The notes under the pieces were generated by a model. That model was given only the letters and a program-made list of their open reading frames with translations, made no database searches and was not told the DNA's origin. From Hypanus sabinus (taxonomy: Eukaryota): 64,000 nt of DNA. The stretch spans positions 153,326,001 through 153,390,000 of the forward strand of contig NC_082710.1 of NCBI RefSeq assembly GCF_030144855.1, given 5' to 3'. Made by a program: the position numbers and the translations under genes. Positions 22,291 to 34,179 of this stretch are shown here, piece after piece (positions within the stretch are counted from its first letter, which is position 1; every line of letters starts with the position of its first letter).

Positions 22291-23659
22291 CACCAATATA
22301 GTAATCAAACCAATAATAAATTGGTTTATTATTGTCACATGTATTGAGATACAATGAAAATCTGAACTGAGAGCATTCAGGCATGACTGGTATGTGGTCA
22401 GTAATGTTCATGCCTGCTGTATAGTGATCATTTGGTTATGACAGTACACTGAGGTAGTAGAAGGGAAAATAATAACAGAGTGCAGAATAAAACGGTACAG
22501 TTACAGTACTGAGAAAGTGCACTGCATGCAGATAATAAGATGTAAGCATCCATCTTATTATCCATTCAATAGTCCTATAACAGCGCAGCAGAAACTGTCC
22601 TTGCACCTGGCTTCAGGCTTTTGTATCTTTGACCTAGTTGGGAGGGGGGGGAAGTGTGGTAGATGAGAGACCATTAGGTATGGCTTTTCCACTGGTGCTC
22701 CCATTTCCTCCACATCCCAAAGATGTGTGGGTTAGTAGGTTAAGTTGTCATTATAAGTTGCCTCTTCTCTTTAGATGAGTGGAAAAATGAAAATATGTGG
22801 TGGAATAACAACACTAGAATTAATATAAGATTAGTGTAAATGGGTAGCTGGTGAACAGTATGGACACACAGGGCCAAAGGGCCAGTGCATCCATACTGAG
22901 CAACATGTTTCCATTGCTGTATCTTTCTATGACTTTTAAGGTAGGTGTGTGAAAGGAATAAGGATAGTATATGTGATTTGTCTGAAGGCAGAGGCAGCAG
23001 CAGAATTTGAAAGCAGATGCTTCAGAGGCTGTTGATGCCTCAAGAAAGACGCATGCACTCAACTATTTAGCAATAACCAGCATCCTGAAGCTCAGTAGGT
23101 TCCAGATCAGATAAGAATCCCAGTCTAATATTTCTTCCATCACAAGCTCAATTTGGGATGTCTACTGATAATCTCACAATGTTCAATTCCATTTGCAGCC
23201 ACTATGGGTAATGAAGCAGTCTGAGCCTGTGCACAGAAAAGTACAGGGGGCATACAGGCATGACTGGTATGTAACACCTGTATGCTCAGTAATGTTCATG
23301 CTGCATAAATGTAACATGTTCAACAAAAGAAATATTAACAACTCCTCTATTAACACAATATTAAAGCACGATAGTGCATAGTGAAAGTGTCTAAAGGTAG
23401 AGAGGTGCTGCAGTCCTGGTTGGCACTCTGCAGGAAGGATGTGTTTGCACACAGGAGGGAGCAGAGGGGATTCACAAGGAAGTTGTTCGTTATGAGGAGA
23501 GACTGGTTAGGCTGAACTTGTTTTCCTTGGAGAGGATGAAGCTGAATTTGAAAGGCATAGATAGGATAAGGAGGAGGAAATGTTTCTTATAGAGGAGATG
23601 TTTATGACTGGAAGACTTAGGTTTAGGGCAAGGGGAAGAGATTTAGAGAGACAAGAGAT

Positions 23660-24000
23660 TCTGCCAATGCTGGAAATCTTGAGAAACACACACAAAATAC
23701 TGGAGGGACTCAGCAAGTCAGGCACCATCTAAGGAGGGGAATGAACAGTTGATCTTTCGGACTGAAACCCTTCACCATGACTGGAAAGATGTTGGGGGGG
23801 GGGTAGGGGGAGAGTGTAAGTTGTACAAGCTGGAAGGTAAGATCAGGTGAGGAGGAGGGTGGAGGGTGGGTCTGGACGATAAAGTGAGAAGCTTGGAGGT
23901 GATAAGTGGAAGAGATAAAGGGCTGAAGAAGAGGGAATTGAATAGGAGAGGATGGTGGACCATGGAATAAAGGAAGGAAGAAGGGAACCAGAAGGAGAAT
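23660..24000 (-). mobile_element. Penelope-like terminal repeat fragment
   Basis: Homologous to 25-160 and 9526-9890. Confidence 0.55.
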
Positions 24001-24124
24001 CTGAGAAAGAACCTCTACCATCAAAGCTGTGCCCAATACTTCATGCATGTCTAACAAATGTTTTAGAATGCTGTAATGTGACATTCCAGCTGACATATTC
24101 TATGCCACAGCAAATACAGTCAAA

Positions 24125-26911
24125 CAGTGGCGTATCTAAGGTATGGCATGTGCCCCGGGTGCCACTGAGCAGTTTCTATTAAAGTCAGATAAGCCATCCT
24201 CAGATAGTGAAAAAAGAATTTCCTTCAGATGTATGATCTGTTTTTTGATATTGTGGGTGAGAAGCACTAGGATGGCCTTATTTCAGAGCATTGAGTAAGA
24301 AGACCATGAAACGTTTCTTCATGAAGAAGAAGCAGGAAAGCGGAACTGAAGGACGGAAGAGATGAAAGTTGGAGGCGGAGGAAGCCAAGAAGTCAAGCAA
24401 GTTCTTCATGCCCTTCTTTGAAAAGTCCAGAACAAGTAGTTTGACACGTTCCATGGAGTCGCCTGCACCTGCTACAAGTTTGTTAGACTCCGAAGGTGGA
24501 TCGAGGACAATTGTGTCACAAGCCAAGGAGGAAGTCAATTCAGATAAATCCAAGTATGATGAGATTAAGAGTGAGGTTGCCACAGAGAACATGACAGAAG
24601 GGGAAGACAATGGTGGTGGTGGTGGTGATGTTGAGTTTATTGACAAGATTTTACCTGATGAGATTGAACCTGACAACACCGGACCTAATGAACTGGATGG
24701 TGTCAAAGAGCCTCGAACTGTCATACCAGAAGTGATTGAACAGCATGACATTGGACTTCTGAAGTTAGACAAGAATACTGGAAAAGCAATTCTGTTTGAT
24801 GCATTGAGAACAGAAATAATAAAGCTAGGTTCAAAGTATTTCCAGAACAGTGAGGGGTCTTTCCTACCAACAAATAACCGCTCAATGAACAGAACTTGGT
24901 TCAAGAGGAAATTGGAAAATGGTCATAGTGAGGAAGTGACTCGCTCATGGCTGGTCTCTTCCCCTTCTAAAATATCTGCATTTTGTATATGTTGTCTTTT
25001 CTATTCCCGGTCAGACCATCAGTCTTCATTGGAGCAGGAAAGTGGATTCAACCAGTGGAAAGCACCTGAAAGGATTACTGTTCACGAAAATGCCGAGAAT
25101 CGTCGGGAATGCTTCACACAGTGGAAAGAAATGGAAAGAGATTTAGCTAGAAACAGAGGAACTATTGACGCTGTATTTCAGCCATAGATTGAGAAGGAAA
25201 AGCAGAAGTGGTGTGATATCTCTACAAGAATCCTTCACTGCATAAAATTCTTTGCGACTCAGAAACTGGCTTTGTGAGGACACAGAGAGTCACTTCAGCT
25301 AGATAATGACTCCAATGTGGGAAATTTCCTTGGCTTACTGAAACTACTGGCCATCTTTGACCCTGAGTGGTATGTGGAAGTTGATTTTGAGAGGAAAACA
25401 GTTTGTATTAGAGAGTGCTTCCTTGGTTTTATCCAGATAATCTAGAAGGATGCTGAGAGCTTGGTTGAAGACATTTTGAAACAGCTAGGGAAGGACGAAA
25501 TGGAGCTACAAGATTGTCAGTCACAGTGCTATGACAATGCTGCTGTGATGGCTGGACACAGAAGTGGTGTTCATCAAAGAATAAGTGAGAAAAACAACCT
25601 GGCAGTGTTTGTGAATTGCGACAATCACTTACTCAACTTGGTGAGTGTACATGCAGCCAAGCAGGATACAATGATGGTCACATTTTTTGGAACCATCAAA
25701 GCTCTCTACATGTTTTTCTCTCGTTTAACACAGTGCTGGGAAAAACTCAAAAACGCCGTCCCTGTGGTTGTTAAGTCGGAGTCTGAAACCAGGTGGAGTG
25801 CAAGGACAGAAGCAGTGAAGCCCATCAACAAGTACCTTGAGGAGATACTTCAAGTTCTCAAGGACGTGATAGACAATAAAAACAAAACAGTGAAACAAGA
25901 AGTAATGCAAGGTAAGTTGAGTTACGATTTTCTGATTTAGTTAGGACTTTGGAACAAAGTACTCTTTCGTGTTGACCATATTCAAAAGAAGCTGCAGGAT
26001 ACTAGTAAGAACTTCCATGATGCTGCCCCGGATTTGAAAGCCCTCTGAGATAATTTTTATGATGAAAGAGAAGTGCTGGTCAGTGAGTCACTCAAAGAAG
26101 GAGTCGGTCTCTGTTAAGAATGGAATATTGAAGTTGAAAGACATCAGAGACAAAAGAAACGAATGGCTGATGAGAACTCGAGAGACACTGATTTAACAGC
26201 TAAGGAGGAAATGGAAAGAGTCATGAAGAGAACACACAACATTTCACAGAGAAATGGATGAAAGGTTCACTCTTTTGCATGACACTGATGCCAAGTTTGG
26301 GTTCCTTCTCGATGTCGAGGGACTGTGTTACGGTGCCGACAGTAACAACCTAAAGAAGAAGTGCAAAAATTTGGATGAATTGTACAGCTCTGATGTTGAT
26401 AGACAGCAGCTATATGAAGAAGTTTTGGATTGCAGAATGTCGCTATCAAGGCAGGTCAACAAGAAAATATCAAGACCTGAAGAGCTTCTTGAATTTATTG
26501 TTCGGTATGGGGATGAGAGCATCTTCCCCAGTCTTCGCATTGCTATTCGGATAATGCTAACCATTGCAGTTTCCGTCACCAGCTGTGAGAGATCATTCAG
26601 CAATTATTTGAGAGCCTCCATGGGTCAAGGCAGACTCTGTGATCTTGCTCTGCTGAATGTAGAAAGAGAAGAAACTGAAAAAACTGACTTTGGTCACATC
26701 ATAGACCAATTTGCATCAGTGAAAGCAAGTAAAGCACAGTTATAATTTTCATGTAGTGCCATAATTTGTTAGTTAAAAGATTAACAAGCTTGACTTGTAT
26801 TTTTGAGCTGATAGCATGGTAAAGTTATCTTAAAGATGGGTGTCAGATGTTTGGACAGGGGCGCAATTTCAGTGCTTGCCATAGGCGCTATTTTCCGTAG
26901 ATACAGCCCTG
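24125..26911 (+). mobile_element. Full-length but dead hAT DNA transposon (~2.8 kb)
   Basis: Imperfect TIRs CAGTGGCGTATCTAAG and CAGGGCTGTATCTACG (12/16), with a degenerate 8-bp TSD (cagtcaaa/cagttacc). Confidence 0.8.
24369..26745 (+). pseudogene. hAT transposase pseudogene (ZMYM1-like, with C-terminal hAT dimerisation domain)
   Basis: Broken ORFs 24369..25187 (RSWLV...AFCICC zinc finger), 25461..25940 (QCYDNAAVMAG, SETRWSAR) and 26254..26745 (FPSLRIAIRIMLTIAVSVTSCERSFS, RLCDLALLNVERE), separated by stops and frameshifts. Confidence 0.88.
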
Positions 26912-27379
26912 CAGTTACCTCCTTCAACACCCTATCAATCAGTGATGCCATGTTCAAAGATTTCTGGAAATATCCCAAGCTTTCTCTGTCAACCAACACC
27001 CCATGGTCTTACAATTTACTTTCCATGTCCTACTTTTGTTCACCCTCCATAGATGTTACATGATTTTATGAGTTCTTCCAGCATTTTGTGCATGTTGCTC
27101 AAGATTTCCAACATCTGCAGAACCTTGTGTGTCTGTCCAAATGTCTGATAAATGTAATGTGTGCCACTGCCTCTGGCAGTTCGTTTTAGATAGCCCTACC
27201 TATTTGACCCTCAAATCCTATTTAACATTCTCCACTCTCACCTTAAATATATGCTCTCAGGTTCTAGACTCCCCTGTCCTGGGAAAGAGACACTGTCTAT
27301 TGTCGAAATAGGACTATCTGTCCTATTTTTGTATCTCACAAACTTATAAACTGTATAATGTTCCTCCTATGTTTTAGTG

Positions 27380-28240
27380 AGTTTCAGAATCAGGTTTATT
27401 ATCACGGAAGTATGTCATGAAATTTGAGCAGTCGTACTGTGCAAGACATAGAAGTGATACAGAAAATAAAATAAATAGTGCGGAAGAGGAATAGCAAAGA
27501 AGTGTTCATAGACCATTCAGAAATCTGATGGTGGGGGACTGATGTTTTTAAAAACATTGACTGTGGGTCTTCAATCTCCTGTACCTCCTCCCTGATAGCA
27601 GTAATCAGAAGAAGGTGTGTCACCCTTAATAATGAATGCCGCCTTTCTTGAGGCACTGACTTTTGAGGGTGTACATAACATGGCCATGCTGGAGCAGGTT
27701 GAGTCTACAGCCTCTTGTAGGATCTTTTCAACATGTTTATTGGATCCTCCACACCAGCCGATAATGCAAATAGTCTGAATGCTCTCCATGATACGTTTGT
27801 AGAAATCTGCAAAAGATACACCAAATCTCCTCAAACCCTTATTGGAGTATAGATACTGCTGTGCTATCTTCGTGATTGCATCAAAATTTTTGGCCCAGGG
27901 TAGATCCTCTGAGATATTGATGCCCAGTAGCTTGAAGCTGTTCACCCTTTCTACCACTGACTTCTCAATGGGGATTGGTGTGTGTTCTCCTAACTTCAGC
28001 TTCCTGAAGTCTGCAATCAACTCCTTGTTCTTGCTGCATTTGAGTGCAGGGTTGTTATTGTGACATCACTCAGCCAGCTGATCTATCTCACTCCTGTCTG
28101 CCTCTTTGTCACCATTTGAAATTCTGCCAACAACAGTGTCATTGATAAATTTATAGATGGTGTTTGAGCTGTGTCTAAGCAAACAGTCATGATGGTAGAA
28201 ACAGTAGAGTAGTGGGCTAAGCACTCATCCTTGAGAAGGA
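27380..28240 (-). mobile_element. Rex1/Babar-type LINE fragment
   Basis: ORF 27571..28020 MIADFRK...VERVNSFKLLGINISEDLPW; (CTGATT)-type tail near 27390. Confidence 0.8.
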
Positions 28241-28839
28241 GATTTTATTACCAATCCAAACTGACTGTGGTTTCCTGTAGGGAATCATGAATCTGGTTGC
28301 AGGTAGAGGTACAGAGACCCAGGTTTCAATAGGTACATTTAATGTTAGAGAGATGCATAAAATATACATCCTGAAATTCTTTTTCTTCGCAGACATCCAT
28401 GAAAACAGATGTGTCCCAAAAAATGAATGACAGTTAAATGTTGGAACCCCAAAGCCCCCCCATCTCCCCCTCCCACACATAAGCAGCAGCAAAGCCATGC
28501 CCCCCACCAGCAAAAAAGCATCTGCACCTCCCACGGAGCACTCAAGCATGCACCAAAGCGTCAATAAAGACCCAGACTTGCAGTACATCGAAGACTACTC
28601 GTTCACCCGTTAATTCGACATACCACAGCAGCCTGATGTAAGTATTGTCATTGATCAGGTGCTCCAAAGTCAAGTGGAGAGCCAGTGAGATTGTGCCTGC
28701 TGTAGGTCTGTTGTGGTGATAGGCAATTGCATGCCCTTGCTCATATATAAGTTACTGGTAATTCCAGTCATAACCAAAGTTCAAAATTTAAAGTAAATTT
28801 ATTATCAAAGAACATTTATATCACCAAATAAAATGTTGA

Positions 28840-30900
28840 GTTGCGGTTCACTTTAAGACCGTAAGTTTTAGGAGCAGAATTAGGCCAATTAGCTCCTTGA
28901 GTCTTCTCCACCATTTCATCATGGCTAATTCTTCTCCCTCTCAGCCTCAATCTCTTGCCTTCTCCCTATATCTTATCCCTTCCTGCTCTGACCAAACAAA
29001 AGTCTGCCAATCTCTGCTTTAAGTATACATAAAGACTTGGCCTCCACAGCTGCCTGTAACAATGAATTCCACAGATTCACCATTCTCAGGCTCAAGAAAT
29101 TCCTTCCTCATCATTCTAAAAGGATGCCCAGCTGTTCTAAAGCTGTGTCCTCTGCTCTTAGACTCCACCATAACAAACGTCCTGTCCACATCCACTCTAT
29201 TAGGGCCTTTCATTATTCGGTAAGTTTCAATTAGGTCACCTTTCATTCTTCTGAACTCTAGAGAATAAAGGCCCAGAGCCTTCAAACGCTCTTCATATGA
29301 CAAACCATTCAATCCTGGAATCATTTTGGTAAACCTCCTTTAAACCATTTCCAGTGTCAGCACAGCTTTTCCAAGATAAGAGGCTCAGGACTGTTCACGA
29401 TATGCCAAATGAGGCCTCACCAGTGCTTTATAATGCCTCAACATTACATCTTTGTTTCTTTGTTTTTATATTCTAATCCTCTCAAAATAAATGCTAACAT
29501 TGCATTTGCCTTCCTCATCACTGACTCAATTTGTAAATTAACCTTCAGAGAACCCTGTATGAGGACTCCCAAGTCTCTTTGCACATCAGATTTTTGAATT
29601 TTCTCTCCATTTAGAATTTCTGTCCTTTTATTTCTTGTACCAAAGTGCATGGTCATGCACTTCCCAACACTGTATTCCATTTGCCACTTCTATTAATTGC
29701 CATTCTATTAATCTATCTGAGTCTTTCTGCAGCATCTCTACTTCCTCAAAACTACCTGCTCCATCACCTATCTTCATATCATCCACTAACTTTGCAACAA
29801 AGCCATTAATTTTGTCATCTAATTCATTGACATATAACATAAAAAGAAGCGGTCCCAACACAGACCCCTGTGGAACACCACTAGTCACCAGCAGCCAACC
29901 AGAAAAGGCTCCCTTTAGTTCCACTCTTTGCCTCCTGCCAATCAGCCACTGCTTTGACCATGCTATTATCTTTCCTGTAATACATGGGCTCTTAACTTGT
30001 TAAGCAGCCTCATGTATGGCACCTTGTCAAAGGCCTTCTGAAAATCCAAGTACAGAATATCAACTGATTCATCTTTATCTAATCTGCTTGATGGTTCCTC
30101 AAAGAATTCCAACAGATTTGCAGGCAAGATTTTCCCTTGAGGAAACCATGCTGACTACGGTTTATTTTACCACGTGCCTCCAAATACCCCAAGACCACAA
30201 CCTTAATAATTAACTCCAGCATCTTCCCAACCACAGTGGTCAGAATAATGGGCCTATAATTTCCTTTCTTCTTTGCTTTCTGGAAGAGTGGAGTGACAGT
30301 TGCAATTTTTCTGTTTTCCCGAACCATTCCAGAGTCTTCAATTCTTCAAAAGATCATTACTAATGCCTCCACAGTCTCTTCAGACACCTTTTTCACCTTG
30401 GGGTGAACACCATCTGGTCCAGGTGACTTATTTACCTTCAGATCTTTCAGTCTCCCAAGAACCTTCTCCCTAGTAATAGCAACTTCACACACTTCTGACC
30501 TTTGACACTCTCAAACTTCCAGCATACTGCTCGTGTCTTCTCAGTGAAGACTGATGCAAAATATTTATACAGTTTATCGGTCACTTTCTTGTTCCACATC
30601 ACTACCTCTCCAGTATCATTTTCCAGTGGTCCAATATCCACTCTTGCCTCTATTTTACACTTTTTGTATCAGAAGAAACTTTGGTATTTTCTTTGATTGG
30701 CTAGCTTAATTTTGTATTCCATCTTTTCATTCTTAATGACTTCTTTAGTTGGTTTTTCAAAGCTTCCCAATACTCTAACTTCCCGCTAATTTTTGCTCTA
30801 TTATATGCCCTCTCTGGCTTTTATATTGGCTTTGACTTCTCTTGTTAGCCATGGTTGAGTCTTGACTTTCAAGTTCTAATTCTCTTTGGGATGCGTATAT
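28840..30900 (-). mobile_element. CR1 LINE, ~2 kb degenerate ORF2
   Basis: VTSGVPQGSVLGPLLF, YRPIILTTVVGKMLE, SQHGFLKGKSC and SLEFRRMKGDLIE remnants. Confidence 0.9.
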
Positions 30901-30979
30901 CCAGAGCCTTCCAAATTGCTTCCAGAAATTCCAGCCATTGCAGTTCTGCTGTCATCCCTGCCAGTGTTCTTTTCTAATC

Positions 30980-31297
30980 AGTTCAGGGGTTTCTCTCCTG
31001 CGTGATGTCTCAACTGGTCTCCCTCGCCCCATATTGCTCGCAAACTGGAGACGGACTGTTTTTAGCCCCATTCATAGCCTCTTGCATCTGGGCCAGAAGG
31101 CATCACAGAAACTGGTTGCACTAAAGATTATGTGGCATGGCCTCAAGAACGATATGTGTGACTGGAGTGTAGTCTGTGCTGAGTACCTGCGGACAAAAAT
31201 TACCTATCATTGATACCTTTTGACATCCCTGAGCAATGTTAATGTGGACCTGGTTGATCCTCTTTCCCCCTCCCATGGTTTCACGCACCTCCTTACC
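30980..31297 (+). mobile_element. Old Gypsy integrase relic related to the intact element
   Basis: LLRDVSTGLPRPILLANWRRTVFSPIHSLLH...WHGLKNDMCDWSVVC...NVDLVDPL aligns with Pol [31 protein letters not shown]...[15 protein letters not shown]...HVDIVGPL. Confidence 0.8.
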
Positions 31298-32109
31298 TGG
31301 TTGTCCCTCTCACATCAGTGAAGACCACAGATTATAGTTGTGTTCTTTCTTGAATAATTAATGCTTAATTTATGTTTTTATTTTGAATATCATGTATCTA
31401 ATGCTATGCAGCAGTGATCCTGTTGCAAGTAAGTTTTTCGCTGCACCTGTGTATACATATACTTGTGCACATGACATTAAATCTGACTTTGACTATGACT
31501 TCAGTGTGGCTAAAAGAACTGTAGACAAGACTCTAAGAGTGTTCTAATTAATATTTTGTAATGTTGCAGCATGTCATTCAAATTGTTATATTCAGTATCT
31601 TGGCAGCTAAAGGTAAGCATAACAAATGCCTTCTTCATTACATTTTCTACTGGTTTCTTCAGTTTCAGGGAGCTATGGACTCCAAGGTTTCTCTGTACAT
31701 AGTAAATGGCCATGCCATTTAATCTATATGTCTTTGCAGAATTTTTACTTCCCAGTGTGCATTACCTCAGTCTTATCTGGATTATTATTCTGTATTATGT
31801 TATTATTATACATTCTACTACCTAATGCATTGTGTAATGAATTGGTCTGTATGACCATTATGCAAACAAGCTACAGTATATGTGACGAAAATAAACCAAT
31901 TCTAATTTATTAGTGACCAGATCATTATAAGTAAATGATTGATATTCTGTACTTCATTTCCATTCTGGGTTTATTTTTCTGGAAATTTGGTGTAGAGAGG
32001 GACTTCTACATATCACACTGTATGTGGTGACCTGGATGGATACTGCAGTGAAGAAGGATTTAGGCATGCTTGTCTTCACAGGACCAAACCTTGTGTTTGG
32101 GAGTTGGGA

Positions 32110-32560
32110 TGTCATATTACTCTGCCATACGATGCAATGGCTTAATTACTTCCTGCTCTTCGGTCAAAGAAAATGTTAACGCCGAAATGAGAGACAGGAG
32201 CGGTAGCAATGAGACAAAACTGGGTGTCATCAACGTACAAGGAGACGCATTGTGCAAGTTTTCCATGATACTCTGAGGAGCAGCACATTCACCAGACACA
32301 GAATGGGGCTGAGGATAGATTCTTGGGAGGCAGCAGAACTAGAGATGGAGATGCACAAAGGGAACATGTTAATATTCGGGCCATGGCAGAATAGAGAATA
32401 ATGGAACCATCCACCTGGATAAGTAAGATCAAATATTGGACAACTAGGCCCACATGGACAATGGTACAGAACACCATCGATGGGGGATAAAATGGATTAT
32501 CATTTTTCATTTTGACGTACTGCAGCAAAGCCAAAAGTAGATTGACAGGTTTGGGCAAGG
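32110..32560 (-). mobile_element. Ancient L2-like LINE RT remnant
   Basis: Minus-strand QESILSPIL and LYVDDTQF (YADDTQ-type active-site motif). Confidence 0.5.
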
Positions 32561-32959
32561 AATTCCATTGAAGCTACTTTTGCAGTTTATAACATAGTTT
32601 GTGGATTGTGAGATGAAAGTGAAGTTGCAGATGGGCATTGTATTGAGAAGATTGGGAAAAGGAAGGAGAGTCAGTTGTGCTGGGAGGAGACTTATCATAA
32701 AGCATAGTAAAATTAAAGCAGTCTGAAGAGACTGCGTCAGAAACAAAAAACATGAAAAAGACCACAACAAGAGAAAATTTGCAGATGCTGGAAATCTGAG
32801 CAACACGCACAAAATGTTGGAGGAACTCAGCAGGCCAGACAGCATCTATGGAAAAAGTACAGTCAACGTCTTGGGCCGAAACATGAACTGGTTACTATAT
32901 GTTGATAAAATCTTGAATTTTCCTTTATTATAACGTTTATCCTGTTCATGCAAGTTATA

Positions 32960-33560
32960 GAACATAGAACATTACAGTACAGTACATGTCCTAACGCCCA
33001 TGATGTTGTGCCCGCCTTTTAGTCAACTCCAAGATCAAACTAATCCTTCCCTCCTGTATAACCCTCCACTTTTCTATCATCTGGGAGTCTATCTTAGAGT
33101 TTTTTTTAATACCCCTTATGTTACTGCCTCTACCACCACTCCTGAAAGTGTGTTCCGTGCACCTACCACTCTCTGTATATATAACTTACTTCTGACATCC
33201 CCTCTATACATTCCCCTAATTGCCTTAAAATTACTCCCCATTGTATCAGCCATTTCTGCTCTGGGAAAAACTCTCTGGCTATCCACTGTGTTCAAGCTTC
33301 TTATCAGTCTTTTCACCTTTATCAGGTACCTATCATCCTTTTTCTTTCCAAAGAGCTAGTTCTCTCAACCATATGTCATAAGACACACCCGCCAGGCCAG
33401 GCAATATTTTGGTAAATATCCTCTGCACCCTCTCTAAATCTTCCACATCTTTCTTATACGGAAGTAACCCAGAACTGAACACAATATTCCAAGTGTGGTT
33501 TAATCGGGGTTTCATAGGGCTGTGACATTACTTCGTGGCTCTTGAACAATCCCTGACTAA
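32960..33560 (-). mobile_element. CR1 LINE 3' fragment
   Basis: KKDVEDLERVQRIFTKILPGL; 3' tail at ~32960. Confidence 0.85.
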
Positions 33561-34179
33561 TGAAGGCCAATACACCTATAACAACCCTTACTTACTTACT
33601 AACCCCATGGTATAATCAAAGAAAGCCACTTGGCCTTGTGTCTGTGCAGTCAATAATGGGTTACTCTCACTTCACAGCTCAGTCTACAGTATTGGAGGTT
33701 TTAGCTCCAAGTGCCCAGCCTAGCATTAAATGTGATGGGAGTACCTGCCTCCATCATTCTTTTGGGTACCAATTCTAAACACACCATTCTTTGGGTAGAA
33801 AACCTTTCCCAAGCTCCTTTCCATCTCTTGCACCAATTATCTGGATTCCAAATCCTCTTGTTTCCAAACCACTTCAAAGAGAAATGCATCTTCCCTCTTT
33901 GAAAATTCTCATAATTTTATGTACACAAAGTAATTTGTTCTTCAGTGTCCAAAGGAATCCTTGTCTCTCCTCAGCACTGTAATCCTTTAGCCCCCAGCAA
34001 TGTTTTCTTAATCTTGTCTTCTCTCTGGTAGTATGGTGTCCAGAACCTCACACAGTGTTCCATCTGTGGCCTCACTGATGTTTCAGACTGTCTCACCATG
34101 CTTCTGTCTGCTACACCTTACTCAATAAATGCATGTATCTCATATATAGGCAACCCCAATATTCTGGGGTTAGCATTCC

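Noticed and set aside
24278-24904. 208-aa minus-strand ORF
   Set aside because: Antisense shadow of the hAT transposase.
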